Shown: positions 41,822 through 57,989, numbered from the stretch's first letter. The stretch is DNA of 64,000 nucleotides from the human T2T-CHM13v2.0 reference genome, Homo sapiens (GCF_009914755.1 NC_060936.1); one strand, 5' to 3'. Notes: a model not told the origin generated them from the letters alone. Translations and numbers: made by a program.

Positions 41822-42567
41822 TAGCCAGTATTCGAAAACATTTTACTTAATCAGAATTTAATCCTGTCTTATGAGGCAGAGTGAGTACCCATAACTATCC
41901 TTAAGTTAAAGAAGAAATGAGTGGGACTTGAGTAACTAGTAGATATCACCACTGGGATTTAAGCCAGGTTTCTCTGACACAGAGTCCCAGCTTCTGATTT
42001 ATTAGGTCTAGAATAGGGTCCAAGTGGTTGCATGTCTAATAAGTTCTGGGACTAGGGTCCATACTTGGCGAACAATTGATCAAAGTATTTCCTGACTCAT
42101 ACCATAGACAAGTTTCCTGTTCTATCGATTTTGTCCTTGTGAAGACACGCAATCCACATAATACTATTTATAAAAGTGACAATAACAACAATGGCAGCTA
42201 AAATTAATTAAACACTATTTTACTATCATTCAGGCACTACTCTAGGCCTATGATATGTGTTAATTCATTTACTGCTCAGGGTTGGGGGCTAGAAGAGAGA
42301 GAGCACCACAGAGTTTTGAGGTCAAGTACCGGCCCAAGTATACAAACTTCCAAAGTCAGACCCCTCACACTGGCAGGTAAGGATGTGAGAAGAGAGAGAG
42401 AAAAGGAGAACGGCAGGGAATACTCTGATCCCCAATAGCCAACATAGGACAATCTTGCAGTAGCATTAGAGAGGAGTGATTGCTGGATTTCAAATCATGT
42501 CCTCCTTGGCATTTACCTTTATTATCAGGCACACTATGTAAGAGAATATGTGACTAGATGTTTAGGG

Positions 42568-42569
<2 letters not shown>

Positions 42570-42605
<36 letters not shown>
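42570..42605 (+). repeat. (GT)n microsatellite, about 17-18 units
   Basis: Read directly from the sequence. Confidence 0.97.
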
Positions 42606-42608
<3 letters not shown>

Positions 42609-42694
42609 CTCTTCTTGGTCTGTTATTCCCTAGTCATTTAATCTTGGGCAAGTTCCTTTTTAAGTTTCAGCTGGGTATCTATAAAACAGAGATA

Positions 42695-42755
42695 GTGGGT
42701 GGTGGTGGTGATGATGATGATGATGATAATGATAATGATAATGATAATGATGATA
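42695..42755 (+). repeat. Compound (GGT)n(GAT)n(GATAAT)n microsatellite
   Basis: Read directly; source of the GGGGDDDDDDNDNDND pseudo-ORF. Confidence 0.93.
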
Positions 42756-42756
42756 C

Positions 42757-43110
42757 TATGGTAGATTGCTTAATGGTCACAGATTCCTCCCACTCAATAT
42801 GCACGCTCCTTTACAATGTGACTTTGCAGCTCTTCCCATCAAGAAATGGAATCTATTTCTACACTCCCTGAATCTAGCCTGGTTTGAGAGTTGCTTTGAT
42901 CAATAGAATATCGCAGAAGTGATGTTGCATGGTTCCAGAGCCTCGGCCTCAAAAGGCTTGTAGCTTCCACCTTTGACTTCTGGTGAGGCTGCCCTAACCC
43001 ATCATGAAAAGGAAGCTGGTGTAGCCTACTGGCAGATAAGAGGCCATGTGGAGGAGAACCTAGACTCCCCAGCCTACACCCAGCACTGACTGCTAGTCAT
43101 GCAAGTGAAC
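42757..43110 (+). mobile_element. MLT1 (G/H-like) LTR fragment
   Basis: caatgtgactttgcagctcttcccatcaaga..tggaatctatttct...ttgctttgatcaatagaat...cagaagtgatg. Confidence 0.75.
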
Positions 43111-44078
43111 CCTAACCCTAACCCATCGGTCATCACAAACCAGATGCTGTCTGATAAGGAAAACAATGGACACATAGAGATTTTATTTTTACACAATTCC
43201 AAGCAATTAAGTCAAATGATTTTACTCCTTTCTTATACTTTTCTAGGCATCCTCTGTCGAGACAGAGTACCTTTTGAAATTACTTTCAAGGGACAGGCAA
43301 TTTATATCCCAAGTGACTCATTTTTACTTTTCAAAGTATCTAACCACAGCTGTTTATAATGGACTGGTATAAAGTTAAAGCTCTTGCTAAATCAAATAAT
43401 AACCTCTCAGGGATGCTCAGTCTAAGGCGTTAGAGTCATGAGAGCTGCAATTGTAGAAACTGTCTTTTGAAAGAGCATAGCTTTTACACATTAGCTTACC
43501 AGGACATAGTTAAAACTTTGCTTAAGCTTCAAGAAAAAAACTGGAACATGACAGTTGGATGCATAGTCATTCTGATGCCCTACCTGGGAGCTCATATAAA
43601 CACTGCAGTGAATCTCACTCTAGAAAAAGGCTACATGATCCAAAGCTGCAAGCCAGGTCTGGGGCTGGATCATGTGAGCTCTGTAACACAGTGCTGGGTT
43701 GGCCCACTGGGTATTGTGTTTGCAGAGCTCTGGAACTGGTTGTCCCAGACTCTTGACTGCAGCAGAGCCTAGCTACCCCTTGGACTTCTCTCTGTGTTTC
43801 ACAATGGTTAAAGCTAGGCAAAAATTGGAGACTGTTCTTTTTGCTAAAAGACAACCCTTTAGTGTTCAAGGCAGATAAATGTTTATAATAGTTTTTATTC
43901 AATATTTTTCTTATTTGACACACTTAATTTTTTTTCTCTACTGTTACATATATTTAAGCTATGATATAAATAAAATCTCTTGTAAACTGATGTTAGAATG
44001 GAAGTTTTGGCTAGGCACATTCAGCCACAATGAGGAGGTGCTCCTCCAAGAAACATTCATTTTCAAAAGTAAGTGGTG

Positions 44079-44430
44079 ATACTATTCAGCCATGAAAAAG
44101 AATGAAATCATGTCTTTCACATCAACATGGATGGAACTGGAGGCCATTATCTTAAGAGAACTAAGTCAGACATAAACACTGAATTTTGTTCTAAGTGAGA
44201 GCTAAATAATGTGTACACATGGACATAGAATGTGGATTGGTAGACAATGAAAACTCAGGATGAGGGGGTTGGAAGAGGGTGGATAAAGAGAAATTACTTA
44301 GTGGGTACAATGTATGTTATTTGGGTGATAGAAACCCCCAAAACCCTGACTTTGCCACTATGCGATCTATGCATGTAAGAAGATTACTACTGTAATTGTA
44401 ACTTTAACTAAATTTAAACAAAATTTTTAA
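44079..44430 (+). mobile_element. L1MA 3' end
   Basis: atactattcagccat..aaaagaatgaaatcatgtcttt...gagaaattact..tgggtacaatgta...ccctgacttt.ccactatgc; approximate TSD aaaagtaagtggtga / aaaagtaagcggtga. Confidence 0.88.
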
Positions 44431-45801
44431 AGAAGTTTAGTTTAAAAAAAGTAAGCGGTGAATCTCTCACTCATGTCAGTGGTTGAAAGGGTTTGAGAGC
44501 TGGAGATTTAGGGAGAGCACAGTGCCAGCTGATGATGGTATCCTTAAGTCATAACTCTCTTGCTTCCATTTCCTGTCTTCCTTTCCCATTTTCCACGCCC
44601 AGATAGATCTGAAACCATAATTATCAGGCTAGGAGAGGTGGGTGAAAAGCTTGGTGGAGAGTGAGAGAATTTGGACATGTTTCCCTTTCCCTGCTTTAAG
44701 CCCAAACTGGGTGGGGTGATGGGAGAGGAGAAGCTAACATTTAAGTCAAATTTAGAGTTCACGTTATTTCCTGGAGTTGGTATTTTTGTTAATGAACTGA
44801 GAGTAAGTATTGAGTTTTAAAGTGATATAGGGTGTCCAGAAAAGTAATGGGGCTTTTCTAACTTCTATTCAGAAGTGAAGGAAGAACTAGGTCACAGGAA
44901 AGATTTATAGTGAAGGCGAAGTAGAGACAAAAATAAAGTCCCATGAGTTATTCAATGCACTGGCTATATTTGTTTTATGATCAATAATGAAACATGTGCT
45001 CACCAGCCAGGAACCATATGCAATGTGAAATTCTGCACAATGCAAAAGATACCAGAATGCTAAATGGATGTGAAGTCATATGACTTCTATAAATGATTTG
45101 GGTTGTTTATTAGGAAAAAGCTGAAGTCTGCCAGTGGAACCTTAGCTTTTTTGATGTGCTATAATTACATGTATTGCCTAAATGGTGGACTAAAACTCTG
45201 CAAGGAAAGCAAAACCAAAGAGATGAACACCTGAAGCAGAATCACTATTTGAACAGACTCCTATGATGGTGCCACCCTGCTTCTCAGTCATTTGACTAAT
45301 GTCACCTGGTGGAGGTGGTTCAAGGGTATTGATGTGGAAGTGGTACGTGACTTTTGTTTATCTTTTAATGTGCTCCTGAATCAATTATAGTGATTCTTGA
45401 ATCTGCCATTGCTTTAGTCTCTCTCCCTTCCTTTGGAGCATAAATGATTATGACATATACTCAGGGTTGCCTGCAGGGCACTGATTTCAATTTCTATTTT
45501 CTGGTTTCAGGACATGTGTAACACCATGAACCCTGACTTTGGTTCAGAAAATATGGCCAACATACAGTTATTCCATGGCAGCCTAATTATCGGCATCTCA
45601 TAAAGATATAGAAATTTTGAGTCAATTGCAAAGATTTTCATTATGTAAAATGCTTTCCTGTACAATTAGCAGCCAGGACACAGGGTGAGAGTGCCTAATC
45701 CCCCTACTGCAGCAGTGGCATTTTTAGCAAAGCAAGTCTTTTCAAGCAATGAGCCTCCTGAGACGTGCACAGACCACACTCCACACACCCCCTCCTTTTA
45801 C

Positions 45802-46058
45802 CTCTTCAGTGGTGCTGGAGAAGGGCTGAGTAGTCGACAAAACCCATGATGTGTCTGTAATTCCAGTCATGTGCAGATTGGGATGCTGCCTCTCGCTGCT
45901 GTTTTGGCTGTAGTTTTCTGCAGCATTTCTGATGAAGGCCTCTGTGGTATTCCTAATAAGGAATACCAGGCCATCTGGAACTGCATTAAAGGTAGTGAGA
46001 ATCTGGGGTGGAGCCGTGTTTCTAGTGCTCCTCACCGAAACTTCTGCTCCCAGGCCAG
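45802..46058 (-). CDS. PTPRB: Exon 3 (long isoform): Ser/Thr-rich linker
   Basis: 257 nt; acceptor tttctttacctcag|, donor GAG|gtaaaa; phase 1 to 0; AGLGAEVSVRSTRNTAPP...FSSTTEE. Confidence 0.93.
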
Positions 46059-47504
46059 CTGAGGTAAAGAAAAGATAGTTGCAAAGATTATTCTCATGTT
46101 TTATGAATTCTTCACATAAAATCAATTTTACTTAGCAAAAGAGGGCCTTTTCAATAATGGGCATGTGGATAAGCTTCAGTTATATGAAAAAGCAAATATA
46201 CTTTGAGTGTGTGACAATGTTCATTTGTCCTGTCCAATTCACCCATCCTTTATCTATCTATCAATTTTATAACCTGGAAGGAAAGTTGTAGAAACTGTGC
46301 TACCAAAGAAAAACCCAGCGCTGTGTAGAAAAGAGAATTAAACCTATTCTATGAGAATTTAGGGGGGGGGTCACTGAATTGGCTTCAGGGGAATCCATGA
46401 GTCTCCAAAAACTGTGCAAAATTATATGTATATGTGAATATGTACTTTTCTTCTGTGGGGTACTGTCATAGCTTTTATCAGCTTCTCAAAGCAGGTTTTA
46501 AACAAAATACCAGGTTGAGAATCACTGTTAATGACTTGCCTAACTTCACCACAAAGATTGACAGTTCCTTGGAAAGTAATGACACTTCGTTAGCCACAGT
46601 GCAAACTGTTTCTAATCCAACTGTATGAGTTACAAATGATGAGACTGTTGTATTTTCTAAGCTATCTATCTTCTGGAAGAACAGAGAATTGACTTATAAT
46701 TTATGAGCTGGTGGGATTAACTTATAGCTTTGTTTTGCAAGGCTGAATTGCCCATATTAAAAAAAACATACTGGTTCATGAATTAGGTTCACTTAGCCAT
46801 AATTTTAAAATGTGCTCTCCATCTCCTGGGAATCTTGCTAATGTGCAAATTCTGACGCACTAGAGATGGTCAGAGCCAGCCTTTTTAACAAGCTCTCAGG
46901 TGATGCTGATGTTGCTGGTTTTTGGGCTGCACTGTGTAAGCAAGACCCTAGAGCACAAGTGAAGCACTGATAAGTTCTGTAAATTATGGTTTGAGGTGGT
47001 ATGTTTAGATCTTCCCATCAACTCCATAGTGCACTAGAGTTTTATGGGATAGAAAACCCCACAAAACCTTATACAATCAGATAACTGTGCCTTTGAAGAG
47101 TTTCTGGCTAAAAGACTGGGAGAGCGAGGATTTTATTTTTAACTACTCATTTACTGGTTATTTATTCAAACAACTGTTTATTATACAACTACTATGTGCC
47201 AGGTGAGGTCTCCTAAATAAGCTATTTATCATCCTATTTTCCCTGATCTGTTCTGCCTTACTTAGCCCTCTTTTGAGTCTCACTCCTTTCCATTCCAATT
47301 TCAACTGATTAGTGCATTTCGTATGATAATGGATGTAAAGAGGAGGGCGATGAGGGCACAAAAAGAAGATTAAGCTGGAAAAGGTATTTTTATAATTTAT
47401 CAAGATATAAATATCAGCAGTTCTTCTGAAAGTTAATAAAATAATCTTGGCTATAAAGCAGTCTTTCCTTGAGATACAAAGGGTTGTGCAAAGTACCCTG
47501 AACA

Positions 47505-47736
47505 TAAGGTCGATGGATTTAGCAAATAAAAATACATTCTATCCAGTCAAATAATTTTAGATGAATAGCCAACCAATTTTTAGTATAATTCAGTATATTT
47601 AGTGTATCCCACATATACAATAATACAAGGATGATAACATACTATGTATTAGTAATATACTTATACTAAAGATTATTTGTTATTTATCTGATATTCAAAT
47701 GTAACCGAGTGCTGCGTATATTATCTGGCGATCCTA
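47505..47736 (+). mobile_element. MER53-like palindromic hAT MITE
   Basis: gatttagcaaataaaaataca...tttttagtataa // ttatactaaa...tttatctga.attcaaat...ttatctggcgatccta; the arms are mutually complementary. Confidence 0.75.
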
Positions 47737-48666
47737 CTTGTACATCTACTAGATCTCGGCTTTGATTGATTTTTGGACATTCCTCTTAGTTTCTGTTTGT
47801 TTTTGCCTTTCTGAATCCTGTGCCGCTATTACTGCCTTTGTGCCCAGGTTAGCCACTCCGGACATAGATCAGATTTATTCGTCCTTGGGGTGTTTTCTAC
47901 ATGACAAACTCAATTATACTATTAGCGAGATTCCTTTACAACAAACTCCAGGAAACAATCTTAATTCTGCAGTCTTGCTTAAGTTAGGTGCTTGAACGTT
48001 CCCTTAAGTAGACGTTTGTCTATTGTAGGGATGTAAACATTTCTGTATATGCAGATTAGCATTTTGGTTGTTTTGAGCTGTGGTAGATCCTGATCCTCTG
48101 AGTTGACTGCTACGTATGACAATTTTAGCTCTTAGACCCTCAAAAAAAATTTAACCGTGGGGTTAGGACAAAAACAAGCTTCTAAATACCTAGCATCTAA
48201 TTACATGTCTTAGTATGTCAACCTATGCTTACTCTTCTTCACTAAAGAGCTGTTGGTAAGTTTCTATCCTAAGAACTTTTTAAAAAAATTAGTCAGCTTA
48301 CATAATCCAGTGGATAAAACTGGACTTTCCCAAAAGTAGATAAATTTTCAAAACACTCTTGAAATTTCTCTGCAAATAACATAGGTTATTACCATTGCAT
48401 GTAGCTTTGGACTATCCTATGGAAAAAATTTCAGTCTTATGTCATTATCTTTAATTAACCTTCTAAATATATTTTTAAAGCATCCCATACCAAGCAAGTT
48501 CATTTTCCATTTTAGACCACCACCTTTTTTCCAAAGAAAGAAACTACAGAATATTCAGGTCCAGTACCCTTTCATTTTGTGTCTGTGTTTTTAACTTGTG
48601 CTATTTAAGAAGCAAGAAAGAAGATTTAGTCTTAACATTCAACTTCCAAGTTTTGTCAAATTTAAA

Positions 48667-48820
48667 GCAGTGGTTTGCAAACTTTTGTAGCCATCAGAAT
48701 CATATTTGGAGCTTGTTAGAATATTGAAGCCTTGGTCCTGCTCCTGGAAACTGCGATTTAGCAGACTTGGTGTGGGACCTGAAACCTGCTATTATAACAA
48801 GTTTCTCAGGTGATTCCTAA
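48667..48820 (+). mobile_element. MER5-like fragment
   Basis: gcagtggtttgcaaacttt...catcagaatca...gagcttgtta...aacaagtttctcaggtgattc. Confidence 0.65.
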
Positions 48821-49698
48821 TATACATGTACGTATATGGTTTTAGTCATATACATAATATGAACCAAAAAGAAATTTGAATCATTTCTTATGTGGTTACT
48901 GAAGGATTATAAAATGGATGGGAAGAAAGAAAATCCATTATAGAAATATATAAGATGATTAAGTTTTTTTTTTTTTATCTCCTGAACTCTTTGTTGAAAC
49001 AGGTGCTGTGAAATTTTATTTGAAATAGTAGATCTTTGGATATTTTGTTATCCATGAATTCTTTGGGTGTTCTTAAAAAAGGTATATATGTTTCACAGTT
49101 CATGGAATAGCAAGATGTTTTGACAAATGCAAGGAAAACTTCTTATACAATGGAACAATATGTGAAAGCTATTTTTGAAAGCTTTATTGTGTCATTGTTA
49201 CTACATTGTTTCCCTACTATAACACAATTTCTCCCAGAACACAATTCAAGGTAAGGTCGACCATTCTTGGTCAATCTAAAAAGTTTTAGCATTTAAGTTG
49301 CATAAAGCTCTTTTTATAGGGTACTATCACCTTACAAAGTGATTTGTAATGACTGCATAATATCAAGACTATCTTTCAAATTCATTTTTAAAAGAGCAAT
49401 GTGTATTTTATCTTATAAATTCATCTATGGCTCAGAAATAATAACAGAAATAAAAATTTTTATAAAGATAATATATTGTGTAAGTTTCCCTTCTTTAAAT
49501 GATACAAATAACTTTTAAGCATGTTGAAAACAAAATAACTTGAATGAAACTCATTTTTGGAATAGAAGATTTTAACTATACTGGTACTTTCTATTCTGTA
49601 GGAAGATGCCAAATATAATGTGCCTTTTTAACAGAGAGCAAATCATCTGGAAAAAAGATAACAAATGAAACAGGAGATACTTTAGAAAAGGATGATGT

Positions 49699-49708
49699 CT
49701 ATCCATCC

Positions 49709-49770
<62 letters not shown>

Positions 49771-49772
49771 AT

Positions 49773-49808
<36 letters not shown>

Positions 49809-49830
49809 ACCTACCTACCTACCTACCTAA
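49699..49830 (+). repeat. Compound tetranucleotide STR (CTAT)~15 (CCTG)8 (CCTA)6
   Basis: Read directly from the sequence. Confidence 0.97.
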
Positions 49831-49836
49831 TCTATC

Positions 49837-50167
49837 TAGTTGGCTCTTTGTATCTGCGGGTTCCTCATCGGTGGATTCAACCAATTGCAGATCAAACATA
49901 TTAGGAAAAAAATGGATGGTTGCATCTGTACTGAACATGTACAGACATTTTTTCCTTGTCATTATTCGCTAAGCAATACAACAACTATTTATATTTACAT
50001 TTGTTAGGTGTTATTAGTAATCTAGAGATAATTTAAAGTATATAGGAGGATGTGTGTAGGTTATATGTAAACACTACATCTTTTTATATAAGGAATTTGA
50101 GCATCCTTGGATTTTGATGTCTGCAGGAGGTGCTGGAACCCATCCCCATGTTACTGAAGGATGACTG
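49837..50167 (+). mobile_element. Tigger3a-like (TcMar-Tigger) fossil
   Basis: gtggattcaacca...tctgtactgaacatgtacagac...gtaatctagagat.atttaaagtata...gaagg atgactg|ta. Confidence 0.85.
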
Positions 50168-50742
50168 TACACACACACATACACACGTGTGTGTGTGTGC
50201 ATTAAATAAGACTTGACTGGAATAGATGGGAATGATAATGGACTAAATAATTATTGGAAATGGTTAAAAGAATAATTAACATTTCAGAAAATATAATTAG
50301 TGAAATAAAGAGTGCACCTAAAATACATATCTAAATTACTTTTAAAAGACCCATGATTAGAAAGAAAGTAAAATTAATAAATGGAAATTGATACAAGACA
50401 TAGCATAGTAAAACACTAAAGCATAGCACAGGGAATAAATTAGACTAAAAAAATAATTGAAAGGCTAACTAAATCAAAGAAATACATTTCAATAGCCAAC
50501 TATTACTCAACGATTCTACTATGCATGGCATTATGAAGATGTGCCTGTTTTACCTAACACCCTATGTTTTCTTTAGGAGAAAAGACTGAAATAGTAGGGT
50601 GGAAGGAAGGCATGCTGGGTGGAGGAGGAAGAATGGCTCCAAAGTTCAGGGCTATCAGGCTATAGGAGAGAGGTGTTGAACCAGAGACTAAACAGAGTCA
50701 GGGAAAGGGGAGCTGGAAAGGGGGTGAATAACTTGGCGTGCG

Positions 50743-51006
50743 CAGGACTGACTTGTCCATTAGACGCAATAGGCACAGTGATTAGGGCCCATGATAATTT
50801 TAGGGCAACACAATGATTTAATTTGTTTGAAAATAAAAAAGAAACTTTAGAGTCAAAGAAAATGTTTTAACTTTTTCATAGATTAGGAAAAATGACAATT
50901 TTAGGCTACATGAAAATCTATTATTTTACTTTTCTTTTTTTCAGCAGAGGAAAGGGACCATAGAGGCAAAAGAACCCAGGGCCCATGAAAGTCATACATA
51001 GCCCTG
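50743..51006 (+). mobile_element. hAT-Tip100-type fossil (ORSL-like)
   Basis: cagg...ccattag...taggcacagtg..tagggcccc...ggcaaaag..cccagggcccatgaaagtcat...gccctg; the family name is from memory. Confidence 0.55.
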
Positions 51007-52138
51007 TGTGTGCCCTGATAAGTTCAGTGACATGTCACAGGCTGAATATGGTTGGGGAATGCTGGATGCTATACCTGCTATCTTCAATGATCATATAAAT
51101 CATATATCAATAATCATTGATAACATTATTTTCAGACATTATATTTAAAAATGGTCCACTACAAGGCCCATGTTGTTACAATGATGCAAGAAGAAAAACC
51201 CTAAAATGACCGTGACAGCCAATTTAGTACAAGTAGGGTTTGTATACACAAAAGGCACTTTCTGTTTTGTTTTGTTTTTCCCCACAAGCTCTTCGTATTC
51301 ACAAGTACTTCTGCCGGCCAGTAAAGCCAACAACTTCTACGAAAACTTTTTTCCCAAGGGTGTATATGATTGCTTATCTTTTACAATGTTCACACATTTT
51401 ATTCCCTCTCCCAAATCACTACAACTAAACAATTACTTTAACCAGCAGTTAAATCGAGCCTGCCAACAATATGGTTTAGTTCATCAGCAAAATCTCTTTT
51501 AGGGATTTTACCGGTTCGGCCATATCAGGGACACTTGAAAATTTGCCTACAAATATTTGCCTGCTTTCCAGTGCAGCCCTTGGAATTAAAAAAGAAAATT
51601 CCTGCCCTCAGATAAAGGTGAGATTTGAATGAATGAATCTGAATTGAGTGGTAAATAAATGAATAAATGCTGATTGGTTGGCTGACATTCTATATTCAGT
51701 GTTACTTTCTTCACAGAATGAAATGTCTGAGTGAAAAATAACAATTTTAGACAATTGACTAGCTTTTTATAAATGTAAGGAGACTTGACATTCCTTCGAA
51801 AAGTTATCCAAACCATGGATGGAGTTCTGCACCCTTCACCTGAAAGTTCTGGAATGACATAGGCATGGCCTATCGGCCCATGGATTTGCGTGAATGTTTT
51901 TGAAACCAGTTTTGAGTTTATAATGTTTTAATTTCCCCCTGGCAAGGAATATTTGCTTAGATCTAGTAGCAAACCAGTAATTTCCTTTGAGTAAATTTCC
52001 CTGTTTCTGTACAGGCCAAGGCATGAGAAATTTTCCCCATCTGATAGATTCATAAAACTTCAATAACTGGGTCACTGTAAGCTTTGTTGTCTGCTTGGGG
52101 CCAGTGCTATTTCTTGCTGGAATAGATGCAACTGTAAC

Positions 52139-52268
52139 TTTTTTTTCTTTTACAGATAGGGTCTTGCTGTGTTGCCCAGGCTGGTCTTGAACTCCTGGCA
52201 TCAAGCAATTCTCCCACCTTGGCCTCCCAGAGTGCTGGGGTTATAGGCATGAGCCACTGTGCCTGGTC
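52139..52268 (-). mobile_element. FLAM / left Alu monomer
   Basis: Single reverse arm; TSD aactgtaac. Confidence 0.88.
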
Positions 52269-52606
52269 AACTGTAACATTTGATTGCTTGGTGAGTTTAA
52301 AAATTATACTTGGATTGCACAGAAGACAAAAGCAATAATTTATGATGCCATACACTAACTATTCATGGCATTCCTGAAAGTAGTCCTTAAAGCTTTATTA
52401 TTCCTTTTTCCTTTACTGTTCTGACAGTAAACACTTTGCACAAAGTTGAAACATTTATTAATTTATTCAGGAAGAAGAAGTGGTTAGTAATAATGGTGCT
52501 AGCTAAACTATTAATATGATAAACTCTTGTGTGCCCCCAAAAGACTGTTTAAAAATATGCAACTTTAAAATTACCCTTGAAACATTTTTTTAAAGAATGA
52601 CTGCGT

Positions 52607-55994
<3,388 letters not shown>

Positions 55995-56696
55995 GGAATG
56001 AGTGCTTAATGTGACATACTGGCAAGGACATATATTGGAAAGGAAAGTACTTTCTTCTCTCTACATTCTATTGTAATTACCTATTTATTTACTTATCTGA
56101 TTTCCCCATTACTTTAAGGAATAAGATGTATTTAATGATTTGCAACCTTGGCTGCACATCAGAATCACCTAGGAAGTACTTTAAAAATACAATACCTCAT
56201 TTAGTCAGCTTAGAGGATAAAGCTCAGGTTTTATACTCTAGTATTAGTTAAAAGCTGCCATGTGAGTCTAATATGCAGCTTGGGTCAAAAATCACTTGTG
56301 GAGGGCACCTTAGTACTAGCACAGGGTACCTGAGTGCTAGCACAAGCTCTGGCACATAGTAGGTGTTAAATAAATATTACCTGGAAACTTGAATACAATC
56401 ATTAATGTGTCTTTTATGAAACAAATATGAAACATGTGGCTTAGATTTTTACCTTCATAGGTCTGCTTTCTTTCATGGAAGAACACACAAAAAAATTCAC
56501 ATCCCATAGATGAACAACACATGTATTTGTGCTGCTGTAGATTATAATACTTAGTTACCAACTTAAACAATGATTTGAAATCACTCATTGCAAACATATG
56601 AATGCATTTCGGTTAATTTTTCACAGTAGCTACTCTAGCAAGTCAGTGAGCTCTCATGATATAGGTCTACAAGTATTATTCTTAAACTTTTATCAG

Positions 56697-56886
56697 GGCT
56701 GGGCATGGTGATTCATGCCTGTAATCCCAGTACTTTGGGAGGCTGAGGTGGGAGGATCACTTGAGCCCAGGAGTTGGAGGCTACATTGAGCTATGATCAC
56801 ACCATGGCTCTCCTGCCTGGGCAACAGAGCAAGACTTTGTTTCTAAAAACAAAAACCAAAGAAAAAACAAAAACAAAAAGAAAAAA
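56697..56886 (+). mobile_element. FRAM-like Alu monomer
   Basis: Single ~150-nt monomer with (A)nC tail. Confidence 0.85.
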
Positions 56887-57852
56887 CCCCACAATGGCAT
56901 ATTTAAGATGGAGCAGAAAAATATATCTGTTAGCTTATAATTGTGTTAAAGCAAAAGTATGTGTTATACTTATGTGTACTCAAATATAAGGGTGTTTTTG
57001 TACCACAATTGTGCAAATTTTAACTTCTGCTTTTTCTAGAAATTAATTTCTTTCCCCAACACATATTATCAGGCATTTTTTGAATATAGCATTGTTCAGT
57101 GGTTAATTGCAAATGGCTTATTCTAGTTACCTTATTTTCGAAGTCTATTACTAGACATATTTGTATGAGGGTCATAGGAGGTAGTTTTTCTATGAATTAT
57201 CTTTTATCTTGAATAACTCACCACTGAGTCCATATCTACTTTTTTTTAAAGTTCCAACTAAGTAATCTTATGTTAAATAAGGTTTGATTGGGGTTTGGGG
57301 ATGAATCTCACTTCTTGTGTAAAACAGTAAAAATGGAACAGTTATAATGTTTCTATATTATTTAGGAGAGGCCTTGATAGATGAACCACAGGAAAGGTAT
57401 TGTACAAATTGGTGCTATATGCTGAATATTTTCTGATAAAGTTGAATTTTTGAGTAGGTTTTTTTCTCATAGGCAGAAATGATATAAGAACAGAAACTAT
57501 AACTCTCAACTTTTATTGTAGCAAAGCATACCACTTATTGTAGAAAAGCATAACACATTCAAATGGCATCTAGTTAAATGCTTGTTTTAACTTACAGAAT
57601 GAATGAGTGAGAAAAAATTGTCCAAAGATTACCATGGTGGAAAGACTAATATAAGCCTCACAAATCAACACCTAAGGAAAAGACTTAACAATACAGTGGA
57701 TGCTGATCTCCATATTGGATTATGGATCAAAATTTTCTGGTGATTAATAAATATCAAGTATTATGCACAAATCCAGATTTCCTGAAACAGAATCTTGGAG
57801 GTGGTTGTAGAGGAAAAAATGGTGGGAAAGAATCCTGGGAATGTGTATTTTT

Positions 57853-57989
57853 TTTTAAATTTTTATTTTTAGTTTTGGGGTACATGTGCAGGGTGTGCAG
57901 ATTTGTTACATAGGTAAACGTGTGCCGTGGTGCTTTGTTGCACCTATCAACCCATCACCTAGGAATTAAGCCCAGGATGCATTAGCTAC
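57853..57989 (-). mobile_element. Very short L1PA 3'-end insertion inside a MER5-like element
   Basis: tacatgtgcagg..gtgcag.tttgttacataggtaaacgtgtgcc; exact TSD gggaatgtgtattttt on both sides. Confidence 0.9.

Noticed and set aside
42572-42871. ORF with poly-VC and GGGGDDDDDDNDND runs
   Set aside because: Translation of microsatellites.
45742-45801. Exon 3 read-through as a secreted lectin + linker isoform
   Set aside because: It adds only 19 aa, and the nearest sense AATAAA I found is ~630 nt away (45106-45111), so support is much weaker than for exon 2.
47762-47995. 77-aa ORF with a signal-peptide-like N-terminus (xIDFWTFLLVSVCFCLSESCA)
   Set aside because: It starts at TTG, is antisense to PTPRB, and has no promoter or splice support. 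The hydrophobicity comes from a T-rich stretch.
51206-51502. 98-aa plus-strand ATG ORF
   Set aside because: No recognisable domain, and the length is within chance expectation for a 64-kb six-frame scan.
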